Under the pieces are notes generated by a model, which saw nothing but the letters and a program-made list of their open reading frames with translations, was not told the DNA's origin and ran no database searches. A stretch of DNA of 29,221 nucleotides from positions 1-29,221 of the IMG/VR virus record IMGVR_UViG_3300042297_000488; one strand, given 5' to 3'. Source of the DNA: a virus (Duplodnaviria; Caudoviricetes). This document shows, piece by piece, positions 26,010 through 29,221 of the stretch (position 1 is its first letter; every line of letters starts with the position of its first letter). A program made the position numbers and the translations under genes.

Positions 26010-26492
26010 ATGGCCAACATCAACCGCCCGTTCACCGGACGCGGCTATCGGACCAGCACCGGCACGCGGGTCAACTACTCCTGGTGCGCCGTTGGCACAG
26101 GACCCGCCGACGCTTCCCCGCTAATTGTAGAGCACGGCAGCATTACGGCCACCGAATCAGCATCCGTCACAAGTATCGGGACCACAGCCTACAATGGCTG
26201 GACGGATAGCTACGCTGGCACCGCCACCATCACCGGATCGGTCGAGGGTTTCGTGACGGCCAGCGATGGAACACACACGACCGACCCGACCACGGTGAGG
26301 GCGGGAAGCAAGATGTACATGATCGTTGCAGCGGGTACCTGGTCAATCGAAGGTTGGGTACTGATCTCCAGTTTTGACGTTTCGGCAAATTCAAACGACA
26401 TGGTGTCGGTTAAATTCGGCTACACCTACAAAACGGCACCTGTCAAACGAACACTTGGAATCTACCAAGGGGGAGCTTGTGCACGATCATGA
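26010..26492 (+). CDS. Tail-tube-like protein (probable paralogue of 22346-22798)
   Basis: GWTDSYAGTATITGSVEGFV and IEGWVLISSFDVSANSNDMVSVKF align by eye with the tube protein. Confidence 0.55.
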   Translation: MANINRPFTGRGYRTSTGTRVNYSWCAVGTGPADASPLIVEHGSITATESASVTSIGTTAYNGWTDSYAGTATITGSVEGFVTASDGTHTTDPTTVRAGSKMYMIVAAGTWSIEGWVLISSFDVSANSNDMVSVKFGYTYKTAPVKRTLGIYQGGACARS

Positions 26493-27682
26493 ATGACGCC
26501 CGCCCGCAACAGGCTCTCGAATACAATCTGAATATTCGCGTACTGGCAGCAAATGAGACCGCCAGCCCGAAAAAATACTCTTGGATTCGCGTTTACCGTG
26601 ACACCACAGGTGTCTGGAACAATTTGACCGAATCAGGAAACTATACCTACGATCCGGCCTACGAATTCGGCGGCGGTGATCTGTCGATCAACTCCGTTTA
26701 CAGTGCCGGACGCGAGCCGCGAACAGGGCAACTGCTTGTGTCTAAAGGTGGAGGCGGTGGTGGTGCGAACACCAAGACCCAAAGTAATCCGATCATCATG
26801 CTTTTAGGCCCGTGGGCAGACTATAAAGACTGCCCAGGTGTACCTGCCAAACCACCGACATTTACGGCCAACGGGACAGACTTTTGCGCTCCGCCTTACG
26901 CTTGGGCCGCCTACGACGTCTGCAATTACAAGTATGTGAAAAAGTTTGATATGCGAGATTTCGGCCATTGGGCCACCGAGCTTAATGGAGGTTCCGCAAC
27001 AGCGTTTCGAAGGCTCTACAACGCCTATTATGGCAACTCTACTGAGAGTGCAAACCTGACAGCCAACACGCCCACAAGTTGCAAGGGTGTTAGATTCCTT
27101 GGATTTTCATCGCAGTCGTCTCTGGTCTGCACTTGCCCATCTTGGATGACTCCGGTTAAATGCTTGATGCTCAAATTTAAAACGATTCCGCGGCCATGTG
27201 CAGCACCATCCACTTGCGGTTATTCTTGCGGGTCCACCTTCCTTCAAATGGACGAGTACGACATGTGGGATAAGGAGTACAACGTGCAACTCTGTTCCAC
27301 GATCAGTTGCTTTTTTGGCGGGAATGTCGGCAGCACTCCGTGGACGGTTGACTTGCAATTCCTGCCAGCATACACCGCTGACCAGTGCTTTTGGGGGCCT
27401 GAAATTATCGACCCCTGCAACCCGTGCGATGGGTTCGGCAAGTTTACTCTGGGAATTCTTTCAGGTATTCAGGCGTCGGATTGCGGCGGGGCGGGAATCA
27501 TCACATCGACAATCACGGATGTCGAGATGAAAGACTTGGTCACGAATTGCGTGGCAAAAAAGCCGATCAATATAGTGATGTGTAACAATTGCCAGAACGC
27601 AGGTGTTCCGATCAATTTCATTTTGCCGGAGACAGTCGAGCTGTCATGTTGCACGCCGAAGAACCTTGGCACTTGCCCATGA
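26489..27682 (+). CDS. Cysteine-rich putative tail-tip protein (397 aa)
   Basis: ATG 26489 overlaps the upstream stop; Cys-free N-terminal domain, Gly linker, then about 22 Cys. Confidence 0.7.
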   Translation: MNDARPQQALEYNLNIRVLAANETASPKKYSWIRVYRDTTGVWNNLTESGNYTYDPAYEFGGGDLSINSVYSAGREPRTGQLLVSKGGGGGGANTKTQSNPIIMLLGPWADYKDCPGVPAKPPTFTANGTDFCAPPYAWAAYDVCNYKYVKKFDMRDFGHWATELNGGSATAFRRLYNAYYGNSTESANLTANTPTSCKGVRFLGFSSQSSLVCTCPSWMTPVKCLMLKFKTIPRPCAAPSTCGYSCGSTFLQMDEYDMWDKEYNVQLCSTISCFFGGNVGSTPWTVDLQFLPAYTADQCFWGPEIIDPCNPCDGFGKFTLGILSGIQASDCGGAGIITSTITDVEMKDLVTNCVAKKPINIVMCNNCQNAGVPINFILPETVELSCCTPKNLGTCP

Positions 27683-28071
27683 TCTGCCAATGCACACATC
27701 CCGGTCACTGCCCAATTCGCGGCACAGCCACCACCGAAGCGATGGTTTCGGTCTGCGTCCCATATCAACCGCTGCCATGGGAGTTGACGCCAGCTCTGAC
27801 CACTCAGTCACAAGTGATCGGCAAGACCTGCCGATCATGCGTCAACCGTGGCGAGCCTGTGATTGCGGCCAATGGTCGGCAAGTCGGGTCTGAGGGCTGC
27901 GGATGTACTGCCCAATCGGTCGCCAGCGGTGTGCTCTGGTGGACCTGCAACCAACGCGGATCATCGGTGCGGGAAAGCGTAGCCGGAAGTTGCGAGAACT
28001 ACACAGAACAAAATAAAATAGCCCGCAACCCACACCTCGTAAACCGCGGGCCAATCGTAAGACTTAACTGA
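27679..28071 (+). CDS. Small cysteine-rich protein (130 aa, 10 Cys)
   Basis: ATG 27679 overlaps the upstream TGA; MICQC...HCP, CRSC, CGC, WTC. Confidence 0.65.
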   Translation: MICQCTHPGHCPIRGTATTEAMVSVCVPYQPLPWELTPALTTQSQVIGKTCRSCVNRGEPVIAANGRQVGSEGCGCTAQSVASGVLWWTCNQRGSSVRESVAGSCENYTEQNKIARNPHLVNRGPIVRLN

Positions 28072-28213
28072 AGAAGCGTGTCCAGAGCGATCCGGGCGAC
28101 CCCCTTGTTTGCTGATCACTGGTGGGCGAACATACCCGCCAACAATCCCGCTCTGGCCTTCGCCAGTTGTGTGAGATTGGATTATAGCGGGCATGAGTCA
28201 AATTTACCTTGGA

Positions 28214-28438
28214 TTATTCTGGCGCTTCCCGTATCCACCGCCGGACTTGCTCGGAATCCATCACGCCGTTCTTCTTCGCCACCCTGCTGATTTTTGCACG
28301 GTCTGCCGCTGAGAGCGAGAAGACGAACCGGATGGCTCGCCCCGGCGCTTCATCAACCTTGTAAACACGCTCGGCCCTTTGCGTCTTCTCGACCTTAGGT
28401 CGCCCCCTGCCTCGTTTGACAGGCTCTGTTGAATCCAT
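28214..28438 (-). CDS. AT-hook plus ribbon-helix-helix (CopG-like) DNA-binding protein
   Basis: KRGRGRPK; IRFVFSLS-AADRAKISRVAKKNG-VMDSEQVRRWIRE strand-helix-helix pattern. Confidence 0.7.
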   Translation of the reverse strand: MDSTEPVKRGRGRPKVEKTQRAERVYKVDEAPGRAIRFVFSLSAADRAKISRVAKKNGVMDSEQVRRWIREAPE

Positions 28439-28541
28439 TGTTGCTCTTCAGGCTGTTGGGCAACAGTCAAACCGAAGCCCATGAAATTCAGTGATATCGT
28501 CCATCCGGCCATGATGTTGCCCTCCTTGGCAATCGTCAAAT

Positions 28542-28832
28542 TTACTTGGCAAACGCCTTAAGATTTACAATTGTGTTTCGGTTCCAGTCGCATGGCTCGC
28601 CGCTGTTTCCATCCCAAGCCCATGTACTGCCATCCACTGTCCCAGTATATTGATCAAGGTCACCTAAGAATTCGATTGCCTCGTTGATGTCGCAATATTC
28701 TTCGGCATCTTCCGTATCTGTATCGTGGATCAATTCCTTGCCAGACGGATGGCCGTGACTGACAAACCAGATTGAATCAACTTCGCTTGCGTTCCAGAAT
28801 TCCAAAAGGCTGACTTGTTCTTGCGTTTGCAT
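28542..28832 (-). CDS. Hypothetical acidic protein (96 aa)
   Basis: AGGAG RBS within a repeated leader. Confidence 0.75.
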   Translation of the reverse strand: MQTQEQVSLLEFWNASEVDSIWFVSHGHPSGKELIHDTDTEDAEEYCDINEAIEFLGDLDQYTGTVDGSTWAWDGNSGEPCDWNRNTIVNLKAFAK

Positions 28833-28851
28833 CTGACTGACTCCTGTTAGT
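28830..28851 (-). repeat. Repeated 22-bp translation-initiation leader, copy 1
   Basis: ACTAACAGGAGTCAGTCAGATG on the - strand; 20 of 22 identical to 29134-29155. Confidence 0.8.
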
Positions 28852-28865
28852 GGTGTTATGAAACT

Positions 28866-28893
28866 TGGAAAACTTGCCCCGGCGAACCGGGGC
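28866..28893 (-). terminator. Hairpin with UUCG loop, probable terminator or stabiliser
   Basis: The - strand reads GCCCCGG-TTCG-CCGGGGC-AAGTTTT after the stop of 28903-29136. Confidence 0.6.
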
Positions 28894-28902
28894 GTGTGAT
28901 GA

Positions 28903-29136
28903 TTAGACTTTGAAACCTTGATCCAGATTGCTTCGATAGTGTGCTCTTGCAGCCTCGATCGTCATAAACTCAGCTTTCTTCCAACCGCTTGGCAGCATGT
29001 TCCATGAGTCGTGCATGTATTTTTGAACCTTTACTAAGTCGCCCACAACTGTGTAGTAACAAGCAACATAGAAAGAACCGCTCTTGCTGCCGTCTGTCAA
29101 TTTGAACGTTTTTGCTTTAGTCATGGTTGCGATCAT
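28903..29136 (-). CDS. Hypothetical protein (77 aa, MIATMTKAK...)
   Basis: Start placed at ATG 29136 after GGGAG; ends with EAARAHY..NLDQGF. Confidence 0.75.
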   Translation of the reverse strand: MIATMTKAKTFKLTDGSKSGSFYVACYYTVVGDLVKVQKYMHDSWNMLPSGWKKAEFMTIEAARAHYRSNLDQGFKV

Positions 29137-29155
29137 CTGTCTGACTCCCGTTAGT
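29134..29155 (-). repeat. Repeated 22-bp translation-initiation leader, copy 2
   Basis: ACTAACGGGAGTCAGACAGATG on the - strand. Confidence 0.8.
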
Positions 29156-29182
29156 TGGTTTTGTTTCTGCCTTACACTTATG

Positions 29183-29211
29183 AATATATCGCACTTTGAT
29201 ATCACAGTCAA
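29183..29211 (-). promoter_or_regulatory. Sigma70-type promoter driving the leftward genes
   Basis: TTGACT (29211-29206), 17-nt spacer, TATATT (29188-29183), AT-rich upstream; the spacer holds the palindrome TGATATCA. Confidence 0.75.
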
Positions 29212-29221
29212 GAATATTTAT

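Noticed and set aside
28078-28290. 70-aa + strand ORF after the tail genes
   Set aside because: No RBS or motif, and it overlaps the better supported - strand RHH gene at a convergent junction.
1-29221. Alternative genetic code or stop-codon reassignment
   Set aside because: Standard-code ORFs tile the window densely and conserved genes are full length.

Overview
This window is a large part of a tailed dsDNA phage genome (siphovirus-like, HK97-type head). No integrase, repressor, DNA polymerase or recognisable endolysin is visible in the window. Nearly all genes are on the + strand. (1) 1-7552 is a DNA-metabolism and accessory block: a DUF2815/Gp2.5-like SSB, a ~370-nt structured non-coding region holding a tRNA-like element without a D-arm and CsrA-type hairpins, csrA, a ParB-like protein, a MORC/GHKL ATPase, thyX and a RuvC-like resolvase. 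(2) 7586-10525 holds the terminase subunits and portal. (3) 10526-17587 is a ~7-kb block sitting between portal and head genes, with fibre/adhesin genes, small membrane proteins and a papain-like C1 protease. (4) 17632-28071 holds head, neck and tail genes, including a -1 frameshifted tail chaperone, a short tape measure and Cys-rich tail-tip candidates. (5) 28214-29221 holds small - strand genes behind a sigma70-like promoter. A Planctomycetota host is plausible but is only an inference. The most novel-looking element is the structured RNA-csrA-ParB-MORC unit at 1883-4691. All family calls come from motif recognition by eye; no searches were run.
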